The notes under the pieces were generated by a model. That model ran no database searches, had not been told where the DNA came from, and saw nothing but the letters and a program-made list of their open reading frames with translations. DNA of 64,000 bases, taken from NCBI GenBank assembly GCA_002269645.1, contig NIVC01002969.1, positions 28,479-92,478 of the forward strand, read 5' to 3'. The DNA is from Macrostomum lignano. Taxonomy: Eukaryota. Both the position numbers and the translations under genes were made by a program. This document shows positions 51,501-63,927 of the stretch, piece by piece (positions within the stretch are counted from its first letter, which is position 1; every line of letters begins with the position of its first letter).

Positions 51501-52300
51501 AAAATGCTGAGAGGTGGAGAGGAGGCAGTGAGAGTGACACAGAATGCTGGGTGAAGAGGAGGCAGTGAGAGTGACACAGAATGCTGGGTGAAGAGGAGGC
51601 AGTGAGAATGACACAATGCTATGAGGTGGAGAGGAGGCAGTGAGAGTGACACAGAATGCTATGAGGTGGAGAGGAGGCAGTGAGAGTGACACAGAATGCT
51701 ATGAGGTGGAGAGGAGGCAGTGAGAGTGACACAGAATGCTATGAGGTGGAGAGGAGGCAGTGAGAGTGACACAGAATGCTAGGTGGAGAGGAGGCGGGAA
51801 CAAGGGGAGTTTACAAAGAATTGAGATCGAAATCCTCGCTGAGGCAATAGGCAAAGAGAGTGGTGTGGCCTCACTGTATGCAGCGTACGGCCCTGCTGCT
51901 GAGTATCCATAATAGTCTGGGGCCGCGGCCGCCCGCCCGTGGAACAGATGGTTCTGCTCGTTCAACCGCTGATGAGGTGGTGGCAGTTGGCCGATCCCCA
52001 TAGCGCCAAGTCGGTCGCAGCGGCTGTGACCTCTTCGGCGGAGGCGAAGCCACCGGCCGCCCCGCCGGGAGCCTCCCGTAACCGTGATGCAGCTCAGAGT
52101 CTGAGCAGTACTCCTGTCTGGAGTTTTGGCTGCCGGTCGGGCCGTACTGCAGGCCCGCGTCACGGCAAAAAGTGCGCGGTACCCGGCCTGCCGGGTGAGG
52201 GGCAAAGTGCACCCGCTGCTGCTGCTGCTGCGGCTGCGGCTGCTGCTGATGGTTCTCCAGCTCCCCTGAGCACAGCCTCTATGGGGTCACTCCGACAGCT
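40494..52300 (-). CDS. syd-1: SYD-1/SYDE-family C2 + RhoGAP protein; exons (~52300)-51875, 45926-44682, 44382-44222, 41715-41502, 40669-40494; 5' end uncertain
   Basis: C2: [13 protein letters not shown]...[17 protein letters not shown]...[12 protein letters not shown]: FGVPI...[28 protein letters not shown]...|[16 protein letters not shown]...|ILDHLKRVA...[17 protein letters not shown]. Phases are consistent for the four 3' exons; the upstream exon needs indel correction. Confidence 0.85.
40686..41451. repeat. 15-bp minisatellite (~51 near-perfect copies) in the last RhoGAP intron
   Basis: Unit ggtgcaggtgagact; abuts the acceptor at 40671-40670. Confidence 0.97.
42556..42816. repeat. 65-bp tandem repeat x4
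   Basis: Unit ggcttcaatggcagccgcatcccgggtgtcagagcggcaggcacatgggtagcggctctgactca. Confidence 0.93.
47522..51796. repeat. ~40-bp minisatellite, ~4.3 kb (>100 copies), with higher-order structure
   Basis: Unit gtgagagtgacacagaatgctgggaggtgaagaggaggca with 37-41-bp variants; variant blocks recur at ~1150-bp spacing. Confidence 0.97.
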
Positions 52301-53454
52301 GGTCAATGGACGGTGCGGGTAGCGGCGCCCCCGGCGGCGGCAGCGGATGGCGGCATGGGTCCGGCCTGCTCTGGTTTCCCTGTGTTGCAGTTCCGTTGCC
52401 AAAGTTTGTAGAGGCTTTGCGTGCTCTGACAGGCAGGCCGACACAAATCGCAGGAGGCGGTGAGAGCCGGTCAGGTTCCGCCGGCTGCACTGGAAATCTC
52501 CATTTTCTGCGCTACCGTAGCTGGCAGTGGGTGAGACGAGTGAGCAGAGAGGCAGAGGAGATGAGAGAGACCGGACTGAGGCTCACGCACTGGTTGGTGC
52601 TGGGCCAGGAACTCTGCAGTTCATCTCTGTCCCGTCCCGGCTCACAGCAGTGGCCAGTGCACTCACTCGCGCACAACTGGAGAGCGGGCAGCCTGCCCCA
52701 ATCCTGTCTCGCTCCCCAATTCTAACACTAATCGGCCTCTGCGCTGCATTTCCCGCCCGCTCCGCTCTTCCCCTCTCTTCCCCGTGAACTTTCCCGCCAA
52801 AAGAAACACAGCGGTGCAGGGAGGCGGGGAGGAGAGGAGCGGGAGAGGAGGAGACCAGCGAGGCAGTGTGCCGAAGGGGCGATGAGGCCGGTGGCCGGCT
52901 TTCACTCCCGGCGGGCAGCGCATTGTCTAGCCGGAGCAGCGGAAGAGAACGACGGGGGAGGCTCAGAGTTGGCGCTGAGTGGCGACCGTGTTTGGGAAAG
53001 GCTGCTAGCGCTCGGGTCAAAAAACTGGCTGTGTCCCGGCAGCCCAGCCGGCATTCTCTCCGTGTCCTGTTAGCGATTCAAAGGGAGAACGAAAGTTCTG
53101 AGACACAGTGACCTGAGAAGAATGGCAGGCTCACGAATAGGGTGAGCTCAGTAACTTTGGGAGTGATAAAAGAGGATAGAAAGGGGAGAGGTAGAAAGTA
53201 GGGAGTAGGCAGAAGAAGCCACGGCAAATTCAGAAAGTTGCTGAACCCGGAGATTAGACATGGCTGACTGGAGCTCGGCTCATTCGAGCGCCTTTTGCTG
53301 CTCCTTTAAATGGTTTGAAAAGAGCGAGAGTAAAATGCCTCGTAGATTGCAAAAAATTAATGCGGAAAATATCGGCGATGGCGAGGAAGGCCAGCTTCAA
53401 AAAGTCCACGAAAAACATTCTGAGCACGGGTTTTGTGCGCAGTAGAATTTCTGA

Positions 53455-53783
53455 CCAATACGAGCTATTCTCAATGAGATTCTCAGGGAAATCGCACTGA
53501 TTTCTGACCAATATTCTCAATGAGATTCTCAGGGAAATCGCACTGATTTCTGACCAATATTCTCAATGAGATTCTCAGGGAAATCGCACTGATTTCTGAC
53601 CAATATTCTCAATGAGATTCTCAGGAAACGCACTGATTTCTGACCAATATTTCAATGAGATTCTCAGGAAATCGCACTGATTTCTGACCAATATCTCAAT
53701 GAGATTCTCAGGGAAATCGCACTGATTTCTGACCAATATTCTCAATGAGATTCACAGGGAAATCGCACTGATTTCTGACCAAT
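53455..53783. repeat. ~46-bp tandem repeat x7
   Basis: Unit tattctcaatgagattctcagggaaatcgcactgatttctgaccaa. Confidence 0.92.
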
Positions 53784-54454
53784 AATACGTTGATTAACAC
53801 TTTCTGGTATAGCAGAGCACTTTTCACACATGCTCAGCGAGTTTGTTAAAAAATCAGATCCCATGAATTCGCTCAACTTTTGCAGCAATGTCTCACCCCC
53901 AGGGGTGCTGGGGAATCCCCGTGGCCCTCTCAATGCAGAAGTTCTACGCAAACTGGCTTCGTTTCTCCGCGGCATGAAAAACTCCCGGCGGGGCCCAGGC
54001 GGAAAAAGCAGGGAAGCCCCAGGGCAGAGTGGTTGCAGAAAACTGAGCAGCCGTTTAGCTTGGAAGGCAAGTGGAATTTCTGATGTCACGATCCAGCGGG
54101 CGTGGCATTCAACAAAACAATTGCGGTCAACAATTTTTTGCCTTTTTGTCAGCAGAGGTGCCTGAGCTCTTGTCGGTCCGATACCGATGTCGGTCCAAAT
54201 GACTGAAGACTCGAGTCAATTAACTTGGGGAAACCACAGACCGGCCACCCGCTTGTCCAAGTGCAATGCAAGGTGGCTGGCGTAGCTAGGTGTATTTCAT
54301 CGGTATATATACCCAGGTAGCCGGAGGGCGAGTAGAGCGACGGTGTACGAAAGGTCAATAGTTTTTACCGACAGTTACAGCTAGCGCATACGCATAATGC
54401 AGTGCGTATAACACAAAACAGCGAATAAATTGTTTGGCGTCAGCGCCGCAGGTT

Positions 54455-57373
54455 TCACTTCAAGCCACGAGCCGCGAGCTTCGTCGGTGAAAACGAGCCG
54501 CTGTCTTTCAACTGGTCGGGCTGGCCCAGAGGCATCGTCTGCGGCACATCGAAGGTGACTGCCGAAAGTGTCGAAACCTTTCGACTGCGCCGGGGCCGCG
54601 ACCGCTGTACCATGTGGCGAGTGGTCTCTGTGGCGACGTTTACATAGATATTGTCCCCATCAGTCAGTCGCAGGCTCTTAGCGGACCCGTTGGTGCCAAG
54701 CTCCATCCATGGCGAACACCTGCAGTAATTTTAAGAGATATAGATAGTGAATAAAAAACAGCTACCTCGCAGCCCTTCAGTTTAGTATGGCCCAGAAAAC
54801 ATCTGTCGAGATAGACGAGAACCTTAATATGCTCAACACAAAGCTGATGCAGTTGTTATTGACGACCGGAGCTTCAAGTGTCCTACCTGGTTTTTGGACC
54901 TATCGGACGCTGCAGCGCGACACGGTCAGGTCCTTGTCCCGTTTGCTACCAGTATACAGAGGCCTGTGCAATTTCTCCATCTATCCAGAGACCTCCTGTA
55001 AGGCCCGTGGCCCCCACTGAGCTTGCCGACGGATCCATCAGGGTCCTGTTTGACCAACTGCTCGATTCTAGTTTTGGTGTCGAACCAGAGTCGAAATGGT
55101 CTTTTGCCCGTTTGGCAAAGCTATCAAGGTATGTTAAAGAGCTAAATTCCCATCGAGAGAATTTACTGACGCCGGTGAGGCTGTAGAATTCTTTCTGATT
55201 GTAGATGCGAGGGCGTAAATGTCTAGCTAAGAACAGGAAGCGGAACATGCGGAACCTCACTACTGGATGTACATTCCACTGGTCAAGGAAACAAATATCT
55301 AGGTGCAACGCTCACGCATAGCCTTCGTTAGACCAAGCACGTTGACATTGTCATTGGACGCTCTAAGCGGTGTTTCTTCCAGGCGAAACGGCTATCGGGC
55401 AACCTGGCGGCTCTCTCCCAAGATGCTAAGGTGGATCTACACGGCATCATCCAACCCAGCATTATCTATGCGCGTCTCATCTGGTCCAACGCGTTGGAGC
55501 TGAAGACGGTGAGGGATTGGCTGTACTAACTGCAGGGCAGTAATTGCCGGGACATAACTGATGCGTACCCCCTCCACCCCCTAAGAGGGCTCAAAAATAT
55601 CCTCAACATGCTTCCGCAGCACCAAGCTGAGGCGATGAAAGGCCCGTATTAAGGCCTTGTCCTCTATCAAGCTATCAACCAAATCAGCTTTAAACTGCTT
55701 TATAAGCTTGCAAAAGCTAGCGATTCTCAATAGGATCAACGTGATCTGGACACCAGGCCACAGCAAAATCCGAAGTCATCCGTTAACCTCGTCATTCACA
55801 ATTGTCTGAGCCACCAACATCAACTGCACTGGAACAGCTGCTCCGAATATCAAAAAACATGCATGAGCTGCGGTGCCTGTTATAAACTGGGGAGTATACA
55901 AATTCCTGATCTCTTTAAATAAAACTGATATTAGGGAGATGTGGATGATCATTGCTGGCCATGGCTTCTTCTACAGTAGACATATTTCACTACAAATTGA
56001 TTGCTCTGAAATTTGGCCCTATTATAGCTTAGAGGTGGAAACAGCGGCGCACCACGTCACATTCTGCCCGCACTTCATCAAAGCTCGAGACATCATCTCG
56101 GCTTTCCGTTAAGGTTAGAAGAGCTCACCACCCCGAGCCGGATCCGTGACCTACGCGCATTCGTCCGGGACTCCGGCCGGATGAAGATCGCAGACGCCAC
56201 TCTCGCGAGCTCTTCTGCTGCTGGCTTGGATAGGCGCAGCCCCAAGGCTAACGCCTTGTTGTTTTTTGCTTGGGGTTGCAATAGGGGCCACGGTCTAATC
56301 GCGGCGTCGTGCTTCTCGTAAGTAGTAAGTAAGTAGTAGTAGATGTCTAACAACTGAAACCCGATAATCTAATCCGAACGTAAACTGATGTTTACTCACC
56401 GGGGCCAACATTGCCAAAGGCGTCTCCGAACGCCTCAACCCCGTAGAAGCCGTCAACGCAAAAGTGCAGCCCCAGAAGGGAGGTCAGTCCAAGGCGAGAC
56501 TTGAGGCCGTGAAAGATGACACCGATTTTTATATTGACCCTCATTCGAACCTTAATGCAGTGCGTCCAGATGGGCAGGTACTTCGTTTTATACAGGTCGC
56601 TGCGGCGCACTCCTTTCTGGTTGAGCAGGTAGCCAACGTACATCTCAGCGTTGCGACGCATGACGCGGAAGTTCAGCACAACATAGCGATAGTAAAGCGG
56701 CTGGATCGCCTCCCGGCGGGCCCGGCACAGGGTTTTCAGATATGGATGGCGAAACACGTTAAGGTCCTGCGGGATGCCAGTAAGTGCTGGATGAACTTTC
56801 TCAAGTCCCTACCAAGGAGGCTTAGCAGTTCCAAATTCTATGGCTAAGTCGCCGAGACTTTAACAAAATAACAGTCAACTCTAGTTATTCAAGAGGTGCT
56901 ATGACTACACATTAGAGGATTTGATGCAAATAAATTCGAGATAAACAATACAGTATGAATCCCCTCACCCCCGGTTTGTCCGGACAGCCATCCTCGTCCA
57001 CGGGCACAGTGAGTGGTTTGCTAGTCTCGGCCGTGAGGTGCTCCAGAGTCTCGCCCAGCTCCGAGAGCTCGTTCCGGCTGCGCCGAATCGGCGAATCGCC
57101 AACTGGGGACATGGAAGGCCGGGAGAGTCTCCGCCGGTCGATGAAGCCAATGTCGAGCTCGATGACCGTGGAGTTGCCGCGCTGGCTCAGACGAGGTGAG
57201 GGTGAGTATTCTTCCACCATTGCGCCCGAGTCTGCGTGCCGCTGTGGCTGGAGATGAGAATTTCTGCTGTGACTGGGCCTAATTGTAGCCAGCATTCTCC
57301 CAGTGAGCGGGCCAGGGCCTGCCACAGACAAATCCCAAAGCCCAGCTGCTAAGTGCAGCGGGTGTTTGTGCAC
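54455..57373 (-). pseudogene. Decayed multi-exon gene of unknown family; exons approx. 57373-56969, 56870-56400, 56314-56129, 55195-54887, 54719-54455
   Basis: Protein-like blocks bounded by GTGAG/GTAGG donors and AG acceptors; the last three exons are phase-compatible; two in-frame TAG stops and two phase mismatches. I do not recognise the family. Confidence 0.45.
55240..56115 (+). mobile_element. 5'-truncated, decayed non-LTR retrotransposon (LOA/R1-like): RT thumb, RNase H remnant, C-terminal Cys/His region
   Basis: [35 protein letters not shown]...IIQPSIIYARLIW...LQGSNCRDITDAYPSTP; INVIWTPGHS; IIAGHG...ETAAHHVTFCP...R, matching the LOA/R1 ORF2 C-terminal pattern. Confidence 0.75.
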
Positions 57374-59311
57374 TTTTGCTTGCCTGCTTTAATTTAGCTT
57401 TTATTTCCCTCTAAGTATATGATAATAGCCATTTAATAGACAGCTTAATTTAATGGCTATTGTTTTATATAAAATCAAATTGCTTATTTTGGCGTATTCC
57501 ATCTGGTCGACCGTGGTTGCGGGCGGGGGTGCGGGGGGGCAGAGCCCCCCCCCCACAATCAAACTATAGACAAACTTCTATGTAGAAATATCTCAAAACA
57601 GCTTATACAGTTTTAAATCTTTCTCGCGGGCCATGACAATTTTTTAGTAAGAATTTTCTTAAGACAGTCAGCAAGTGAAAGAATGTCTAAAACGGAGAGA
57701 AGCAAATGCAACAAAATTTGTCTAACTGCTTTACCGAGGATTTGTGCTGTTCAATTTGCTATGGCTGGCGCTGAGGAAGACTTCGAATTCTCTGATTCTT
57801 CAACTCATTCGAGAATCCACCTGCTGCTATATCGGTGCGTCTATCATTACCTTCGACAAGCCGTGTGGGTGAGTTGCTTGATTCGACCGACTTGGAGCGC
57901 AGGATGTCTGATCGAGAATCATCGGTCCCTTTGCCAAGGTGGCTAGGATATTGTGTCCAGTGCTTTGCAAGGCATCTCTGTTCCAGAAGTAAACCCGAGC
58001 AGCGGTCCCACCAGTGAGTTTGTCGCTTCTGATGAGTCTTGTGAGTCCTCTACTATACAATGCTCACGGAGTGAAGTCTACGAGCGTATCGTCATTTTGA
58101 GGGTCCTAAAATTGAAATCCTGTTGAGTGCGTGCAGACTTTTTTGAAGCTAGCATGAAAAACTATTGAGAAGAAGCATGAGTTATGCGTTATTCGTTTTC
58201 TGTTTTGTCGTTTTCTATTTGCGGCATCAAATACACATGAATTGCTTATTGTGATTCTTCGCAGATTCCTTGCTGCGAAGACGCCCATTAAACGTCAATT
58301 AAATAAGCAATCGGATTATTAGAGAATACCGAGCGCTCTTATCTCCATTCACTGCGCACTACCACTGAAGTCTGAGTCTGAAGGTAAAAAGCTATGCCAG
58401 TAAACAGTGATGTGGTTTCTAATAAACACATATTTTACCAAGGCAGTTGATACCAAAATTGTACACTCTGGAAAGAAGTGGATGTAGAGATATTCTAGAG
58501 CAAAGCAAAGTTTCGTGAGGAGGCTCTGTTTAGGCTGAGCTCATATAAATGAAATACTTTCGACTGGAACAGAAGCTTTGGTGGAGTGGAGCAGCTAAGA
58601 GTTTACACCTAAAGACTGCAGTGCCCTCTAAGTACTCAAACTCTCCGTTCACCTGGCCATGGGTTGCTCGCCCAGCAGCTTCTCTGGCGCCAAGAAGGGT
58701 TCGTGATTTCCATCTGGCTGTGGCAACTTTGCTGGAGCTTATTGCTCCGTGAGCACTTTTCCTCACTTGCCCATTGCTTTTCTCTTTCAGGCCGCTCTAG
58801 GAAAAGGATGAAGAAGAAAAGAGGTGCGCCCAGCGGAATACATATTTTTGCCTTTTCACTTCTAAGATGCCAAAAGATTATCCTATTGAATCCGCTATTT
58901 TCCAGATCGCAGACCCAAGCCTCGAGTCAGAGGCCACGGCGGAGGTGAGTTGTGCTCAGATTCTTGGTTTTCAAACATTCAGAACATGAAAAATGGCAGA
59001 TACTAAATTTTGATTTGAAAACTTTCAGACAGTGATGGAGTGCCAGTGAGAATTCCAGCTGCTTTGAGCATGTTTCGCTTCTCTATTCCACTGTCTATTG
59101 ATCTTTCAATGCCATTCAATAATAATGATAAGCTCTCGGTTTTCTTTCCCTCCGACCCATTTTTAGGAGATTGATGACGGCGGCAGCTGCGGCTTTGTGA
59201 GCTGGGGCCGCCACTTGAGACTCTAATTTTTTGCACTGTCTATGTAGCAATGCCTCATTAGGCTACTATAAACTAATCATCGCTGACAAATGCACTCTGC
59301 CTCTATTTCAG

Positions 59312-59443
59312 AGTGATGGTGGAGGCGGCGGTGGCTGGGACGATAGCGGAGGCGGAGGCGGCTGGGACGGTGGTGGGGGCGGAGGCGGCTGGGACGGTGG
59401 TGGGGGCGGAGGCGGCTGGGACGGTGGTGGCGGTTTCGACTGA
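59312..59443 (+). other. Possible terminal exon encoding a (GGGGGGGWD)n tail
   Basis: tttcag acceptor then SDGGGGGGWDDSGGGGGWDGGGGGGGWDGGGGGGGWDGGGGFD*. Upstream candidate exons (~57740-57868, 58791-58823, 58906-58945) do not join in phase. Confidence 0.3.
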
Positions 59444-61335
59444 AGCGATTGACGCGTCGCGGACTGGGGCATGTGGGAAGTCAATACAAAACTTTGCGGC
59501 TAAAAATTCCACTTAGGGCTGGTACAATAATTCAGCTACAGAATACGTCATTTGACACGATTTCTGTGCACGTTGGTTTTGTTATTTTGTTGTTTCGACT
59601 TTCCTTGATTTTACTTTTATTCTAAAACTATCTAGAAGTAATTGATGTCACAGTAATTGGTTTATCACGATAAAAAACAACTTTCCAAGAAATTCTCTTA
59701 AATCGAGATTTTTGAACAAACTCAGGCCTCTCACGCTGCACTAGCAAGCGAATGATTTTTTTAGCAAGCACGAAAAGGGAGTGCATTTGCTCTGTTAAGA
59801 TTGAGAATGGGGTCTCACAGAGTTGTTAACAATAGAGTAGTGAGCAAGGGTTTGAGATAGACGCACCCTGTAACAGGAGCGGAGCAGGACTGCAAAAATG
59901 TTTAGAAAGAAAAACTCGCAAAAAATGCTTCTGACCTCAAAGTACGTCGGTCACTTGGCTGAGCTCGGAATGTAAAAGCATCAATTAAGTTATGAAGAAC
60001 ATTGTAAGAAAAAATTACTTACTGTATTTGCAAGTATTTGAGCACAAATGTCTCATCGGCTGCTAGGTTACTACTATAAGTATTATATAGCAAGACACGG
60101 CCTCCAGACGAGAAACCGATGTCAGATTTAAGCGCCGGACTGATTTTTTAAAATTTTTGAGTCTTCTCCAGCCTACGTCCGCTAAGCCTGGAATAGGCCT
60201 GTTTCAAAGGGTAAAGAAAGTCTATTCTCAGTACAAAAAATAAAATCAAAATCTTGTTTTGCAGAACATGGTTGATACAGCATCCCTCGTGTGCAATTCC
60301 ATGCGAGTTCGCAATCAGCTACAAGAGAACCGAAATCGATTCAATATGAGGATAGACTCTGAGTATAAATTTCATCTTGGCTTGCGTGCTTATCAGCTAA
60401 CCAAAGTGTTTTGAAAAATGCAGCCGAAAGTTGCGATTTAAGACACTTCTGAATGGAATCTGCCGAAGCTGTGAGGGTTAAGAGCTGCTTGAATGAGCTG
60501 CTTGAATTGATGAGCGGCTGCATGGAACAAGCGGAAAGCGGCATCACGTGACTGAGCAGCAAAACAACTGAGCCATGGCTATAAATAGATTCACCCAGTT
60601 GCAGTTGAGAAGGAGAGCAATAAACAGACGTCCAAAAAGAGAAACAATAGCCAGTGTTCGCTCCAAGGGATTTCACCCGAGAGATTTGGCCAACGATTTA
60701 GTCAAAATCTTTCACAGGGAGACCTGACCAGCGAAGCTACTGCACTGCAAACTGCCGACGCATTCTTGACAGTGAGCTGTGAGCACAAAAGTGTTTGTCT
60801 TGCATTCTCGGTGTTTTTCAAACGCTTCGGAGCGGCTCCATGGGCCTCGGTCAGCTGCAACCGATCACCGTGCAGCAACCGCCACATGCATTTAGCTTGC
60901 GATCGCTGCCTCAGTTCGCAAAGTGGATGTTGCATCAGTTCAGAGGGGTTCATGTGCATTAGCACTAGAATGCATTGTCTATACGAGGTACACTCGTAGT
61001 GCACCGCAGTCCTCACCCCTGACCAGCTAACTCCGATTCCGCCAGCTAGAGCTGGTAACTGTACTAACTGGGGTGTTTGCCGCCCTCTCTCACCCCGCTT
61101 AGTCCACAGCCTGCCTCTCAGCCCAGCCCATTGGCCCAGTTGGCAAAGCCAGTGGAGGAGAGGGACAGAGTGGGATAAAACAGGTAGAAAAGAAAATTAA
61201 GAATGAGGAGAGCCGGAATCAGCCCATAGCCCCGTCAGCGCCAGGCACTTAGCAGCCCCTGCCTGGCCCCTTTCAGGCACAAAGAGGCGGCTGGTAGCAA
61301 AGCTCAGACCAGCCTCCTGAGGGCGTCATCACGGC

Positions 61336-63927
61336 ATGGCTCACGCCAAGGTTGCGCCACAATCGCTGACTGATGATGAGGCGGAGATTCTGAGAAGTAC
61401 GCGACCCGAGGATCAGGATCGAGTAAGGATTTCAGCTGATTGTAAATTTCCCACACGGATCTCTCTGGCTCCTTTCATTTAGGTTGGCGCACTTTGAGCT
61501 GTTGGGCACGAATAAAAAACTTGTTTCCATAGCAACCCTGTGCTTTAGAGGCAAAGGAAAGAGCTTTTTCTGCTGTTTTGGTAAGCCGGAGGGACTTCGT
61601 GTTAACCACCTTTTAACCACCCGAAAGTAGAAATACAAAAGACAAAAGCAAACCTGACAACAAAAGGCAGCAAAAGTAGGAAGTGGCTGGGAAATCCTGG
61701 CGAGGCGGATCAAAGCGGCTCTTTTCCACATCATTATTGCCGTTTGCCTCGGATTTCAACTGGGCTCTGATGTGAGATGCTGGAGCCAACCAATAAAAGT
61801 ACATTTTTAATGCCTGCGTGCCCTTGAGCCATGAGCCTAGCATGCTGCAGCAGCTGCAGGATTCCGTGAGAAAGCCCCAGGTAGAGAGGCCACTAGAGCA
61901 GCGGGAAAGCAACTGCTGCAAGAAGAGATAAAAATGAGTTCTCTGTGGCAGCGGTACCCAACTTAAGCGAAGAGATGCTGAGTAGTACTGGCACAAGAGT
62001 GGAGAAGACATGCGATTGCCTGTCATGAGTACAGTCCCAGAAATAATGCTCTCTTCTTTCTGGCATTCAGACCATTCACCCAAGCAACCCCGACCTCTCG
62101 ACAGCCTGTGAAAACAAAATTTCTGCCCTCATTCTCTGCATTTCTGCAGTGGGGTGTTCCCGGTTTGGGGTAAATCGCGTGAATGTGACATTCCCAAAGT
62201 CCACAAGCTTATTTGAACCCAAGGAGCTGTATCTTTACTCAAGTCTATGCCGTGTCAAATCGATATCCAGCCGAGTTTACGGGAGGTACTGGAGAAATCA
62301 AGTCAATAAAATGAAATTATAAAACGTCGAAATGCAAATATTCAGTAGATGAGGAAACAGCACATTATGTTCTGTCAGAGTTAGTGAGTAAACTTGACAG
62401 GCTGAAATATAAAATAGACTGTTAGCACCTCTACGAACGTGCTCCCCCATGCTTGCAGAGACACGAGATCTTCTCCAGCAGGCTAGCCGGCAGCCCGCAC
62501 CAGAACGTGCTGGACCTCTTCCTGACCGGGGAGCGAGTGTCCTGCACCCAGCCTTGCTTGGGACGGCGAGACGGCGAGCGCTCGCCCTACACCTGGCTGT
62601 CCTATAGAGAGGTAGGCGCTTAGAAGGGGCCTGATTGGAACATTAGCTTGATTGATATTTGGATTCCAATCGATTTAAGCGAATGGACTTTTGCCAGCCA
62701 TCAAGAAAATTGATACGCTGTTTCCCGCTAATGAGGGGCTTGTCGGGATTTGCAGTCAGCGAGGCGGAAAGCTGTAGTGCTGCTTCAAGCACTGACAGTA
62801 GATCAGATTTATACAATAGTTGAATCTTGAGGATAGATATAGCTAAAACTATAGACAAAGTCTAGCTGGAACTGTGAGCACAGTGAGTTTTGTGGCCTCT
62901 AGCAAAGGAAGTTTTGTCAGTCCCCAGCAACTGGACTTGTTCAGAAACCTATGCGGGTTTTGAGGTAAGAGAGGCCAACACAGCCGTTTACCCACCGGTT
63001 ACAGGTGCTGCAGCAGGCCCGCTGCGTGAGCCACTTCCTCACCGGGCAGCTGCATCTTCGACGCGGCGCTTTCGTGGCAATCTGGTCGAAGAACCGGACC
63101 GAGTGGGTGACGCTGGAGCTCGGCTGCTTCATGACGGGCCTCGTGCCGGTGCCACTGTATGACACGCTCGGCGACGAGGCCTGCGACTACGTGCTGAAGC
63201 AGACTGGCGCGGCCGTCATGCTGTGCGAGGGCCGGGCTCAAGCAGCCGGACTGACTCGGCTCAAGTCGGGCGCTCAGATCCAGCACCTGATTCAGCTGGA
63301 CTTCGCCGAGGTGGCCAACAGTGAAGTCGCGGAAGGCCCCAAGGTCTGGAGCTGGTCGGACGTGCTGAGCACCGGCCGAGAGCTGGAAGAGCGGCTGGCA
63401 CAGGCTGGAAAGCAGCAGGAGCAGCCGGTGGGCAGGGCCGACCTGGCTGTTCTCTGCTACACCAGCGGAACTACAGGTGGGCGGAAAAAGCGATCAAAGT
63501 ATGATTAACTGACCGTACTTAATTGCAAAGGAAGCTGTCTATTGGCTTTTCTGCTGCTCCAGAGGATAGTTTCAAATTCAAGTCCCACGAATACTGCGGT
63601 TATTCCTTGCATTCTGTTCTCTGCAGCCATTGCAAGACTTCATTCATAAGCCCTTGAGGCATCTCGCGCATGCACATCATCACCTAACAATGTAACATCA
63701 GTGTCTGGAGTAGATAGTGCAGCGCAAGAATATCAGAGGGCAAAAAAATCATTTTTTGAGTCATTCCTTATTCCCCTCGCAGCGAGGATTGAAATTAACT
63801 TCAGACGAACTTAATTATCATACTAACATCACCCCTCAGGCCCACCGAAGGGAGTGCAAATCACACACGGAAATCTGGTGGCAGAGGTTCTCGGATGCAC
63901 GAGTTCTTGGTGGCTCATGGAGGCCAG
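61336..63927 (+). CDS. ACSL: Long-chain fatty acyl-CoA synthetase, 5' part (runs off window); exons 61336-61422, 62459-62611, 63005-63476, 63840-63927
   Basis: PCLGRR...PYTWLSYREV, AIWSKNRTEWV, VPVPLYDTLG, and the AMP-binding loop LAVLCYTSGTTG|PPKGVQITHGN. Exon 1 is inferred from a phase-0 match. Confidence 0.92.

Noticed and set aside
47471-51692. Long minus-strand ORFs (SLSLPPLHL...) as proteins
   Set aside because: They are translations of a stop-poor minisatellite in all frames, and the starts are alternative codons.
52470-52495. VQPAE match to my recollection of the fly Syd-1 N-terminus
   Set aside because: Five residues only, the frame soon stops, and it cannot be verified.
54370-54415. 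Hairpin plus CTAG as a Helitron 3' end
   Set aside because: The following base is not T, and no matching 5' TC end or Rep/helicase was seen.
54944-56812. Programmed readthrough of the two TAG stops in the unknown gene
   Set aside because: Additional phase defects and a LINE insertion make decay the simpler explanation.
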